A stretch of 64,000 nucleotides of DNA from a virus: the IMG/VR virus record IMGVR_UViG_3300030118_002460, positions 22,332-86,331 of that record. One strand, 5' to 3'. The notes below the pieces were generated by a model, which saw nothing but the letters and a program-made list of their open reading frames with translations, was not told the DNA's origin and did no database searches. The translations under genes were made by a program, and so were the position numbers. Shown here in pieces: positions 39,538-47,642 of the stretch. Position 1 is the first letter of the stretch. Every line of letters begins with the position of its first letter.

Positions 39538-39806
39538 TTGACTTTTTGATTAGTACACAACTAGAAGCACTTGGTAATCATACCATTGCTGAATTCCTGG
39601 TTGGATATCTGTTTGGTGGTGCTCTGATTATTGGAGCACCTGGTGTGTTCTTCTTTGTTGTATTCAATGCATCACTACAAAGAACTAAAGGAGCACAGAT
39701 TGGTTACAAAGATCATAAGGATTATGGTGATTCCTCTACCTATGAGAATGGTAAGATGGCAGACCAGAAACCATACAAACATTACATTAGGGCAGCAGTA
39801 CAATGA
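39534..39806 (+). CDS. Small membrane protein
   Basis: Hydrophobic FLVGYLFGGALIIGAPGVFFFVVF segment; ATGA coupling. Confidence 0.65.
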   Translation: MIDFLISTQLEALGNHTIAEFLVGYLFGGALIIGAPGVFFFVVFNASLQRTKGAQIGYKDHKDYGDSSTYENGKMADQKPYKHYIRAAVQ

Positions 39807-39991
39807 TTAAACAAATTAAATCACATTGGTATTATGTGTTCTGGGGCATTGCAACTGTCTCAGTAGTGGCAGGACAAATCTATGTTGGTTCTGGATATAG
39901 AGAGATGGCAAATGAAATCAGAACAGTGAGAGTAGAGGTGAAGCAAGTAGTTGATGAATTCAACTCTTGGATGCCTTGGGTCACATGGTAA
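39803..39991 (+). CDS. Small membrane-anchored protein
   Basis: WYYVFWGIATVSVVAGQIYVG hydrophobic segment; ATGA coupling. Confidence 0.6.
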   Translation: MIKQIKSHWYYVFWGIATVSVVAGQIYVGSGYREMANEIRTVRVEVKQVVDEFNSWMPWVTW

Positions 39992-40009
39992 TTATTATTA
40001 GGATTGATT

Positions 40010-40297
40010 ATGATTGTTAAAGTATTGCGTATGAGCACAGGTGAAGAAGTTATCTTCACTTTTATCAGAGAAGATGATAAAGTTATTGAGGTTGAGAATC
40101 CTCTTGTAGCAGTTCCTAATGCTCAGGGACAAGTTGGTTTTGTCCCATATTCCATGTTACAGAAAGAAGATACCACTCTTGAAATTGGTAAAGAGTTTGT
40201 TATTTACTCTTGTGATGCAAGAGAAGAAGTTGTAGAGAGTTATTGTAAGATCTTCTCACCCATTGAGACTCCTCCTGCCAAGAAACTGATTCTGTGA
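40010..40297 (+). CDS. Conserved small beta-barrel-like hypothetical protein
   Basis: VKVLRMSTGEEVI..NPL..P.....F.PY...IETP..KLIL pattern common in T4-like phages. Confidence 0.7.
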   Translation: MIVKVLRMSTGEEVIFTFIREDDKVIEVENPLVAVPNAQGQVGFVPYSMLQKEDTTLEIGKEFVIYSCDAREEVVESYCKIFSPIETPPAKKLIL

Positions 40298-41151
40298 TGA
40301 AGTCATATAAGACACCACTTAGATACCCTGGTGGTAAGTCACGTGCTTGTAAGAAGATTGATCCATACTTCCCTGATCTTCGTAACTATGATGAGTTCAG
40401 AGAACCATTTCTTGGTGGTGGTAGTGTCTCATTGTATGTGACTAAGAAGTATCCTAGAATAAAAATCTGGGTCAATGATTTGTATGAACCTCTGGTAAAC
40501 TTCTGGAAGAATGTTCAGGAAGATGGTAGAGGTATGAGATTGAAGTTGACTGAACTCAAGTCAAAGTATCCTGATCCCACCTCTGCTAAGGGATTGTTTC
40601 TTTCATCAAAGGATTACCTGTCTGGTGATAATGATGATGACTTCTGGAGAGCAATTAGTTTCTATATTGTCAATAAGTGTTCATTCTCTGGTCTTACTGA
40701 GAGTTCTTCTTTCTCAAAGCAGGCATCCATTGGTAACTTCTCTATGAGAGGAATTGATAAACTAGAAGGTTATTCAAAACTTATTAAGGAATGGGACATC
40801 ACAAATCACTCCTATGAGAAGCTTCTTGATGAGCAATCTGAGAGAAATGCTTTTGTATATCTTGACCCACCTTATGATATCAAGGATAATATCTATGGTA
40901 AGAGAGGTGCCATGCACAAGGGATTTGACCATGACCTCTTTGCACAGACTTGTAATGAGTCTAATGTACATCAACTAATTAGTTATAACTCAGATCAACT
41001 GGTTAAGGATAGATTCAAAGATTGGAGAGCAGCAGAGTTTGATCATACTTATACTATGCGCTCTGTTGGTGAATATATGAGAGAACAGAAGAACAGGAAG
41101 GAATTGCTGCTATTTAATTATGGAACTGAAGGATTGGTTGAATTCAATTAA
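40297..41151 (+). CDS. dam: DNA adenine methyltransferase (Dam/D12 class)
   Basis: PLRYPGGKS, EPFLGGGS, WVNDL, YLDPPY, ISYN. Confidence 0.92.
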   Translation: MKSYKTPLRYPGGKSRACKKIDPYFPDLRNYDEFREPFLGGGSVSLYVTKKYPRIKIWVNDLYEPLVNFWKNVQEDGRGMRLKLTELKSKYPDPTSAKGLFLSSKDYLSGDNDDDFWRAISFYIVNKCSFSGLTESSSFSKQASIGNFSMRGIDKLEGYSKLIKEWDITNHSYEKLLDEQSERNAFVYLDPPYDIKDNIYGKRGAMHKGFDHDLFAQTCNESNVHQLISYNSDQLVKDRFKDWRAAEFDHTYTMRSVGEYMREQKNRKELLLFNYGTEGLVEFN

Positions 41152-41500
41152 CCTCACTAAGAAGAATATCATTGAGGATGAACCTCACCTGGCAAGGGAG
41201 TATCCTCCTTTTATTATCAACAAGTGTTTGTCTGGACATCTAGATTGCATTCTATTTGCAAATGAGATGAATAAGTACCACTTCTTAGACAAGGATATGC
41301 AATACGAATTTTATATAAATATCCTGAGAAAGAGGAAAAGATTCTCTCCTTGGATTCGCAAAGATAAAGTCACAGACTTAGATTGTGTAAAACAATACTA
41401 TGGTTATAGTAATGAAAAAGCATCTCAAGCACTGAAAGTTTTATCATCTGATCAAATCCAATTCATTAAACAAAGACTTGAAACTGGTGGTACAAAATGA
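41120..41500 (+). CDS. gp62: Clamp loader small subunit gp62
   Basis: YPPFIINKCLS, ANEMN, RKRKRFSPW, YYGYSNEKA. Confidence 0.95.
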   Translation: MELKDWLNSINLTKKNIIEDEPHLAREYPPFIINKCLSGHLDCILFANEMNKYHFLDKDMQYEFYINILRKRKRFSPWIRKDKVTDLDCVKQYYGYSNEKASQALKVLSSDQIQFIKQRLETGGTK

Positions 41501-41934
41501 CACAAACTCCTGAACCACAGGTAACTTGGTCTCAAGATAAAATGATTGAGATCAAATTGAATGAACCTGATGACTTTTTGAAAGTGAGAGAAACACTGAC
41601 AAGAATTGGCGTTGCTTCACGTAAGGAGAAGAAACTTTACCAATCTTGTCACATTTTGCATAAGCAAGGTAAATATTACATAGTTCATTTTAAGGAGCTG
41701 TTTGCCCTAGATGGTAAATATGCTAATCTTACTATTAATGATGTTCAGCGTAGGAATCGTATTACTCGCTTGCTTGTTGATTGGGGCCTCATCAGTGTGG
41801 TGAAGGAAGAGAGCATTCTTGATATTGCTCCTCTCAATCAGATCAAAGTTCTGCCTTACAAAGATAAGAATGAGTGGACTTTGGAACAAAAGTACAATAT
41901 TGGTAAGAAAGGTAAGGTAGAGGCAGAGAAATGA
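41497..41934 (+). CDS. regA: Translational repressor RegA
   Basis: DDFLKVRETLTRIG, LYQSCHILHKQG.YYIVHFKELF.LDG. Confidence 0.97.
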   Translation: MTQTPEPQVTWSQDKMIEIKLNEPDDFLKVRETLTRIGVASRKEKKLYQSCHILHKQGKYYIVHFKELFALDGKYANLTINDVQRRNRITRLLVDWGLISVVKEESILDIAPLNQIKVLPYKDKNEWTLEQKYNIGKKGKVEAEK

Positions 41935-42044
41935 TTACTGCCATTACAGCAGCATTATTTTTAATGACATCATATGGAATCTGGTTGGCATTTGGTCCAC
42001 CTTCAAAGCAACTGGATGATACATTTGATGATCATGAACACTAA
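41931..42044 (+). CDS. psbN: Photosystem assembly factor PsbN (37 aa; not in ORF track)
   Basis: MITAITAALFLMTSYGIWLAFGPPSKQLDDTFDDHEH: one TM helix plus the FGPPS..L.D.FDDHE PsbN signature; ATGA-coupled to regA. Confidence 0.88.
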   Translation: MITAITAALFLMTSYGIWLAFGPPSKQLDDTFDDHEH

Positions 42045-42049
42045 ATAAT

Positions 42050-42128
42050 TCTGCGATCTTTCGTGCGGTCGCTTCAAAAGTCGGAAACCCCTATAAGATG
42101 GTGTGGTTAATACCCTACCATCTTTTTT
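42050..42128 (+). ncRNA. Putative small structured RNA
   Basis: CTAAATA late element at 42041-42047, GCGATC/GGTCGC stem, then AAGATGGT...ACCATCTT terminator stem with a T-run. Confidence 0.45.
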
Positions 42129-42150
42129 GTTATCTTGTATAATTAGTAAT

Positions 42151-42242
42151 GTCAGAGGAAAGGGGGTTATTGCTCCCCCTTTGACGCCAAGGATGCCGTA
42201 AGGATCCACACAACACAATCTCGCTTAACAAGGAGAAGTCAA
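42151..42242 (+). promoter_or_regulatory. Structured hsp20 5' leader, ROSE-like RNA thermometer
   Basis: TATAAT at 42138-42143; three hairpins; the last, UCUCGCUU-AAC-AAGGAGA, pairs the SD with a bulged G. Confidence 0.6.
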
Positions 42243-42668
42243 ATGACATTAGCGAAGTACAATGCCGCAAACCTGGACCAGTTGATGGACAGGATTAATA
42301 AGAACTCTATTGGTATGGATGAATACTTTGACAGAGTGTTCAATTCTTCTACACAAAACTATCCTCCTTATAATGTAATTCAGGTAAATAGTAATGAGAC
42401 AAGGTTAGAAATTGCATTAGCAGGATTTAAAAAGGAGCAGGTGAATGCTTACACGGAGTATGGAAAACTTTTTGTCAGTGGGGAAAAAGAAACTACCCAA
42501 CAGGAAGGGACGTTTATCCACAAGGGATTGGCTCAGAGAAACTTTGAAAGATCCTGGACCCTTGCTGAAGACACAGAGGTCTCCAACGTCGTATTTGAAG
42601 ACGGACTTCTATCCATAACCCTGACCAAGGTTGTTCCTGAGCACCATCAAAGGAAAGACTATCTCTAA
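42243..42668 (+). CDS. hsp20: Small heat shock protein Hsp20
   Basis: NYPPYNVI, LEIALAGF, HKGLAQRNFERSW.L, FEDGLLSI. Confidence 0.96.
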   Translation: MTLAKYNAANLDQLMDRINKNSIGMDEYFDRVFNSSTQNYPPYNVIQVNSNETRLEIALAGFKKEQVNAYTEYGKLFVSGEKETTQQEGTFIHKGLAQRNFERSWTLAEDTEVSNVVFEDGLLSITLTKVVPEHHQRKDYL

Positions 42669-42692
42669 ATAAAATTGAATATCGTCGCCGCA

Positions 42693-42734
42693 GGGGTTCC
42701 ACTGGCAAAATCCAGTGGACACCCCCATTTTTTT
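42693..42734 (+). terminator. Terminator after hsp20
   Basis: GGGGTTCCACTGG-CAAAAT-CCAGTGGACACCCC followed by a T-run; overlaps a TGGACA-17-TAAGAT promoter (42716-42744). Confidence 0.75.
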
Positions 42735-42765
42735 ATGCTAAGATACTATCAGAGTAAACTGTGTC

Positions 42766-43059
42766 ATGGCAGCCAAGAAAGAACATGTGGATGTTGTCCT
42801 TCCCACCTCTGGTGAAGGTGTTGAATATGAGGTGATCAGTCGTAAAGTGACTGAAAATGCTCATCGCAATTGGCCTGATATCAAATCTGATCCCTATGAT
42901 GAGATTCTAGAAAAGAGAAAGAAAATCTCCTATGGTAATCCAGAAGAGACTTTTGAAACCTATGAGACAGTAAGGTATCGTAAATACCATGAGTTACCTC
43001 CTATTCCAGCAGAGGTCAAACCAGCAAAAGCAAAAGCAGTAGTTAAAGATGAATCTTAA
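42766..43059 (+). CDS. Hypothetical protein
   Basis: 97 aa ORF heading the gp43 operon. Confidence 0.65.
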   Translation: MAAKKEHVDVVLPTSGEGVEYEVISRKVTENAHRNWPDIKSDPYDEILEKRKKISYGNPEETFETYETVRYRKYHELPPIPAEVKPAKAKAVVKDES

Positions 43060-43306
43060 AGTTTTAATCCTTGATAAAGTAATTCTTCTCACACAGATTG
43101 AAGAAGTGTCTGCTGATCTGGGAGAACCAGATTGTAAACTGATTGAGCCATTTGTTATTAATCCAGATGGCTCTGGCACATTGTCTCCATGGTTGATTGA
43201 TTTGACAACCCAGAATACATTTATGATTCATTCTGATAAAATTTTGACCATTGCTGATCCCAATGGTAAACTGATTGATAAGTATGAAACTCTGGTGAAG
43301 GTATGA
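43049..43306 (+). CDS. Conserved hypothetical protein upstream of gp43
   Basis: IEEV.ADLGEPDCKLIEP..LSPW..FMIHSDKILTI; usual position. Confidence 0.75.
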   Translation: MNLKVLILDKVILLTQIEEVSADLGEPDCKLIEPFVINPDGSGTLSPWLIDLTTQNTFMIHSDKILTIADPNGKLIDKYETLVKV

Positions 43307-44766
43307 AGTTTTACACCAATGCCCAGGTGATTGGTAACAATGTCCTGGTTCGTGGTTTTGAGAATGGAAGAAGCTTCACTGCCAAAGAAGAGTATCAACC
43401 AACTCTTTATGTGAAGTCAAAGAAAGAAAGTAAGTGGAAGACTCTTGATGGGGAATGTGTAGAACCTATTCAACCAGGCACAATCAGAGATTGTAGAGAA
43501 TTCTATAAGAAGTATGATGATGTAGATGGATTCCCTATCTATGGGAATGAGAGGTATGTCTATCAATATCTCTCTGACAAATATCCTGGTGAAGAAATCA
43601 AGTTTGATATCAAGAAGATTAACTTGGTGACTATGGATATTGAGGTCCAGGCAGAGGATGGATTTCCTGACCCTGAATCTTGTTCAGAAGAGATGTTGAC
43701 TATCTCTATTCAGGACTACAATACAAAGCAGATCACAACTTGGGGCAGGTATCCCTATGTGCCCACACAGAAGAATGTAACCTATCACCAGTTCAGTGAA
43801 GAGGTGGAGATGCTGAATGCATTCCTATACTGGTGGCAGAATAATACACCTGATGTTGTCACTGGTTGGAATGTTAGATTGTATGATATTCCATATCTTT
43901 GTGGAAGGATCAGCAGGATCATGGGTCCTAAGAAGATGAGAGAACTATCTCCTTGGGGTCTTGTGAATCATGAAGAAGTCATGATTACAGGCAGACAGTT
44001 CAATGTCTTTGACATCACTGGTATTTCCACACTTGATTATCTTGATCTGTATAAGAAGTTCACTTATGTGAATCGTGAATCATACAGACTGGACTTTATT
44101 GCAGAGACTGAACTGGGTCAGAAGAAACTGGACCACAGTGAGTTTGATACTTTCAAAGACTTTTACAGAGGTAACTGGAAGAAGTTTGTTGACTACAACA
44201 TCATTGACGTGGAACTGGTTGACAGGTTGGAGGAGAAACTTAAACTGATTGAACTGGCAATTACTATGGCATATGATGCCAAGGTAAACTATGTTGATGT
44301 GATGTATCAGGTGAGAATGTGGGACACAATTATCTACAACTATTTGAAAAGGAGGAACATAGTTGTCCCCCAGAAGGATAGGAGTGAGAAGGGTGATAAG
44401 TTTGCTGGTGCCTATGTGAAAGAACCTACACCAGGAGTCTATGATTGGGTAGCATCTTTTGACCTTAACTCTCTGTATCCACACCTGATGATGCAGTACA
44501 ATATTTCACCAGAGACTCTGATGGAGGAGAGACATCCATCTGTTTCAGTGAATAAAATTCTTGATGAGTCTGTCACCTTTGAGATGTATAAGGACTATGC
44601 TGTGTGTGCTAATGGTGCAATGTATAGAAAAGATGTGAAGGGGTTCTTGCCTGAACTGATGGAGAAGATGTATGCTGAAAGAACAGTCTTCAAGAAGAAG
44701 ATGCTTCAATCAAAACAGGCACTGGTTGATATTGAGAATGAAATGAAGCGCAGGAGGAAGAAGTAA
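43303..44766 (+). CDS. gp43A: DNA polymerase gp43, N-terminal subunit (N-terminal domain, 3'-5' exonuclease, motif A)
   Basis: ExoI DIE, ExoII GWN..YDIPY, ExoIII YNIIDV, motif A SFDLNSLYP; stops in the fingers domain after KKKMLQSKQ. Confidence 0.93.
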   Translation: MKFYTNAQVIGNNVLVRGFENGRSFTAKEEYQPTLYVKSKKESKWKTLDGECVEPIQPGTIRDCREFYKKYDDVDGFPIYGNERYVYQYLSDKYPGEEIKFDIKKINLVTMDIEVQAEDGFPDPESCSEEMLTISIQDYNTKQITTWGRYPYVPTQKNVTYHQFSEEVEMLNAFLYWWQNNTPDVVTGWNVRLYDIPYLCGRISRIMGPKKMRELSPWGLVNHEEVMITGRQFNVFDITGISTLDYLDLYKKFTYVNRESYRLDFIAETELGQKKLDHSEFDTFKDFYRGNWKKFVDYNIIDVELVDRLEEKLKLIELAITMAYDAKVNYVDVMYQVRMWDTIIYNYLKRRNIVVPQKDRSEKGDKFAGAYVKEPTPGVYDWVASFDLNSLYPHLMMQYNISPETLMEERHPSVSVNKILDESVTFEMYKDYAVCANGAMYRKDVKGFLPELMEKMYAERTVFKKKMLQSKQALVDIENEMKRRRKK

Positions 44767-45932
44767 TGGGATATTTGATTGGTGGGGCAGGTGAAGGACC
44801 AGAGCAGGAGATTGTTGCATCTTCTGATAATCCCTATGCATCATTGTCTGATAGAGAACTGGTTAACCTTCACAAGAGGACAATCAATGATATTTCTAAG
44901 TACAACAACTTTCAGATGGCAAGAAAGATTGCCCTGAACTCTGCTTATGGTGCTATTGGTAACCAGTATTTCAGATACTATAAGTTAGCAAATGCTGAAG
45001 CAATCACTCTATCTGGTCAAACATCTATCAGATGGATTGAAAATCGTATGAATAGATACCTAAATAATCTGTTAAAAACAGAAGATGTGGATTATGTCAT
45101 TGCATCTGACACTGACTCAATCTATATTAATTTTGGACCTCTTGTTGATAAATTTTTTGGTAATCACACTGGTAACAAAGTCAAACTTGTGGGCATCTTG
45201 GACCAGATCTGCCAAGAGAAACTGGAACCATTTATTGAGGAAAGTTACCAGGAACTTGCGTCGTATGTAAATGCATATGCCCAGAAGATGCAGATGAAGA
45301 GGGAGAACATTGCAGATAGGGGCATCTGGACAGCAAAGAAGAGATACATTCTTAATGTGTGGGATAGTGAGGGGGTCAGATATGATGAACCCAAACTCAA
45401 GATGATGGGCATTGAGGCAGTCAAATCCTCTACACCTGCACCTTGTAGGAAGATGATTAAGGATGCTCTGCACCTGATGATGGAGGGCACAGAGGATGAT
45501 GTGATTGACTTTATTGATGATGCAAGAGCAAAGTTCAAGAAGATGCCACCAGAAGAGATTGCATTCCCAAGGACTGTATCTGATGTAACCAAGCACAAAG
45601 CACACTCTACAATCTATGGAAAGGGGTGCCCCATTCATGTGCGTGGTGCTCTGCTATATAATCATTATATTAAAGAGAAGAATCTGACTAACAAGTATTC
45701 TTCTATCAACAATGGAGAAAAGATCAAGTTCATTTATTTGAAGAAAGCAAACCCCATTAGAGAGAATGTTATTTCATTCATCTCTGACTTTCCCTATGAA
45801 CTTGGTGTTGACAAATATATTGATTATGATTTACAATTTGAGAAAGCTTTCTTGGAACCTGTAAAGGTAATCCTAGATGCCATTGGTTGGAATGTAGAGA
45901 AAGTTGTAAACCTGGAACTTTTCTTTGGCTAG
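44766..45932 (+). CDS. gp43B: DNA polymerase gp43, C-terminal subunit (motifs B and C, thumb)
   Basis: KIALNSAYG, SDTDS, AKKRY, clamp-binding tail LELFFG; AGGAGG RBS at 44752-44757 and TAATG overlap. Confidence 0.93.
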   Translation: MGYLIGGAGEGPEQEIVASSDNPYASLSDRELVNLHKRTINDISKYNNFQMARKIALNSAYGAIGNQYFRYYKLANAEAITLSGQTSIRWIENRMNRYLNNLLKTEDVDYVIASDTDSIYINFGPLVDKFFGNHTGNKVKLVGILDQICQEKLEPFIEESYQELASYVNAYAQKMQMKRENIADRGIWTAKKRYILNVWDSEGVRYDEPKLKMMGIEAVKSSTPAPCRKMIKDALHLMMEGTEDDVIDFIDDARAKFKKMPPEEIAFPRTVSDVTKHKAHSTIYGKGCPIHVRGALLYNHYIKEKNLTNKYSSINNGEKIKFIYLKKANPIRENVISFISDFPYELGVDKYIDYDLQFEKAFLEPVKVILDAIGWNVEKVVNLELFFG

Positions 45933-46072
45933 TGTACAAAGTCTGGTACTGCCCTATCAAAAAACCTATAATCCTTGATACAATTGAAGAGGTAATAACC
46001 CTTTCAAAGATGATTGAGATTGTAAGTGGTTCAACTCCCTATTGGGAAGAATTCAACACAGAAGATGATTGA
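45932..46072 (+). CDS. Small hypothetical protein
   Basis: GTG overlaps the gp43B stop (TAGTG); fills the gap to uvsX. Confidence 0.45.
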   Translation: MYKVWYCPIKKPIILDTIEEVITLSKMIEIVSGSTPYWEEFNTEDD

Positions 46073-46074
46073 CT

Positions 46075-47079
46075 ATGGATTTTTTAAAAGACATTGTAAA
46101 AGAAATTGGAGATGAATACACAAAACTCGCCTCTGACATTGATGACACTGAGAAATATGTGGACACAGGTTCGTACATTTTTAATGGACTTGTTTCAGGG
46201 TCTATATTTGGCGGTGTATCTGGGAATAAGATTACTGCCATTGCTGGCGAGTCTAGCACTGGAAAAACTTTCTTCTCGCTTGCAGTTGTCAAGAACTTCC
46301 TTGATTCTAATCCTGATGGGTATTGCCTATATTTTGATACTGAAGCCGCTGTTAATAAGAGTCTTATCGCAAGTAGGGGTATTGACCTTAATAGGTTAGT
46401 AGTTGTTAATGTTGTAACAATTGAAGAGTTTAGAACTAAGGCACTTAAAGCAGTAGATATATATTTAAAAACCCCCACAGAAGACCGCAAACCTTGTATG
46501 TTTGTGTTAGACTCCCTTGGTATGCTTTCCACAGAGAAAGAAATCAGGGATGCACTTGATGATAAACAAGTCAGGGACATGACCAAATCCCAACTTGTCA
46601 AGGGGGCATTCAGAATGCTAACTCTGAAACTTGGTCAAGCAAACATCCCAATGATTGTTACCAACCATACCTACGATGTTATTGGATCTTATGTACCTAC
46701 AAAAGAAATGGGAGGAGGTAGTGGACTCAAGTACGCTGCATCCACCATCATTTATCTCTCCAAAAAGAAAGAAAAAGATGGAACCAATGTCGTTGGAAAT
46801 CTTATCAAGGCAAAGACTGCTAAGTCGCGTCTGAGTAAAGAGAATAAGGATGTTACTGTTCGTCTCTATTACGATGAACGCGGTCTTGATCGTCATTATG
46901 GTCTCCTGGAACTTGGAGAGATTGGTGGACTATGGAAGAATGTGGCAGGACGCTATGAGATAGGTGGCAAGAAAGTATATGCCAAGGCAATTCTGAAAGA
47001 CCCAGAAGAATACTTCACCCCAGAGGTGATGGAGAAACTTGATGCTGTTGCAAGGGAGGAGTTTACCTACGGTTCATGA
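46075..47079 (+). CDS. uvsX: RecA-like recombinase UvsX
   Basis: AGESSTGKT, YFDTE, VLDSLG, TNHTY, MGGGSG. Confidence 0.96.
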   Translation: MDFLKDIVKEIGDEYTKLASDIDDTEKYVDTGSYIFNGLVSGSIFGGVSGNKITAIAGESSTGKTFFSLAVVKNFLDSNPDGYCLYFDTEAAVNKSLIASRGIDLNRLVVVNVVTIEEFRTKALKAVDIYLKTPTEDRKPCMFVLDSLGMLSTEKEIRDALDDKQVRDMTKSQLVKGAFRMLTLKLGQANIPMIVTNHTYDVIGSYVPTKEMGGGSGLKYAASTIIYLSKKKEKDGTNVVGNLIKAKTAKSRLSKENKDVTVRLYYDERGLDRHYGLLELGEIGGLWKNVAGRYEIGGKKVYAKAILKDPEEYFTPEVMEKLDAVAREEFTYGS

Positions 47080-47642
47080 ATTTATTAGATCTTGTTTTAA
47101 AAATTGATAATGTCATCCCAGAAGAAGTGTGTGATGAGTTTGTCCAATTCTTTGAGGACTCTCAATATCAGAAAGAGGTAAACAAAGGAGGGTATCCTAA
47201 TTGGACAAATGTACGCTTGAATGAAGCAAGTCCTTGGTTAGATAGTAAAGTTCATAAGATGAGTTTGACTGTCCATCACAGATATGCTGAATACTTATCT
47301 GAATATGGTAAGTACTTTGAGGTAGGCAATAATGTTAGATATGAAGGAACTAATCTCAAAAGATATGAAGGTCACAGTGATGATGTGTATAGTTGTCATG
47401 CAGATGTAAGTTCACTAAACACTGCTGAGAGATTTGTTGCTTTCCTCTATTATTTGAATGATGATTTTGAGGGAGGTGATACAGTATTCTATCCAAACAC
47501 AGTAGTTAGACCTAAGAAAGGATCTGTGCTAGTATTTCCTCCCTACTGGATGTTTCCACATGAAGGCAAACCAGTAACAGAAGGGACCAAGTATATCATG
47601 TCAACTTACGCACTCTGGCAGGCAGAATATGGACAAGATTGA
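47076..47642 (+). CDS. 2OG-Fe(II) oxygenase (prolyl-4-hydroxylase-like)
   Basis: HAD, FLYYLNDDFEGGDT.F, FPP..MFPHEG, GTKY. Confidence 0.9.
   Translation: MNLLDLVLKIDNVIPEEVCDEFVQFFEDSQYQKEVNKGGYPNWTNVRLNEASPWLDSKVHKMSLTVHHRYAEYLSEYGKYFEVGNNVRYEGTNLKRYEGHSDDVYSCHADVSSLNTAERFVAFLYYLNDDFEGGDTVFYPNTVVRPKKGSVLVFPPYWMFPHEGKPVTEGTKYIMSTYALWQAEYGQD

Noticed and set aside
42003-42218. 71 aa minus-strand ORF in the regA-hsp20 gap
   Set aside because: Overlaps psbN and the structured plus-strand elements; no RBS or recognisable protein features.
44700-44900. Split intein, intron or pseudogene at the gp43 break
   Set aside because: No Cys/Ser-start or His-Asn-end intein blocks and no room for a group I intron. 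All catalytic motifs are intact and the second half has its own RBS.
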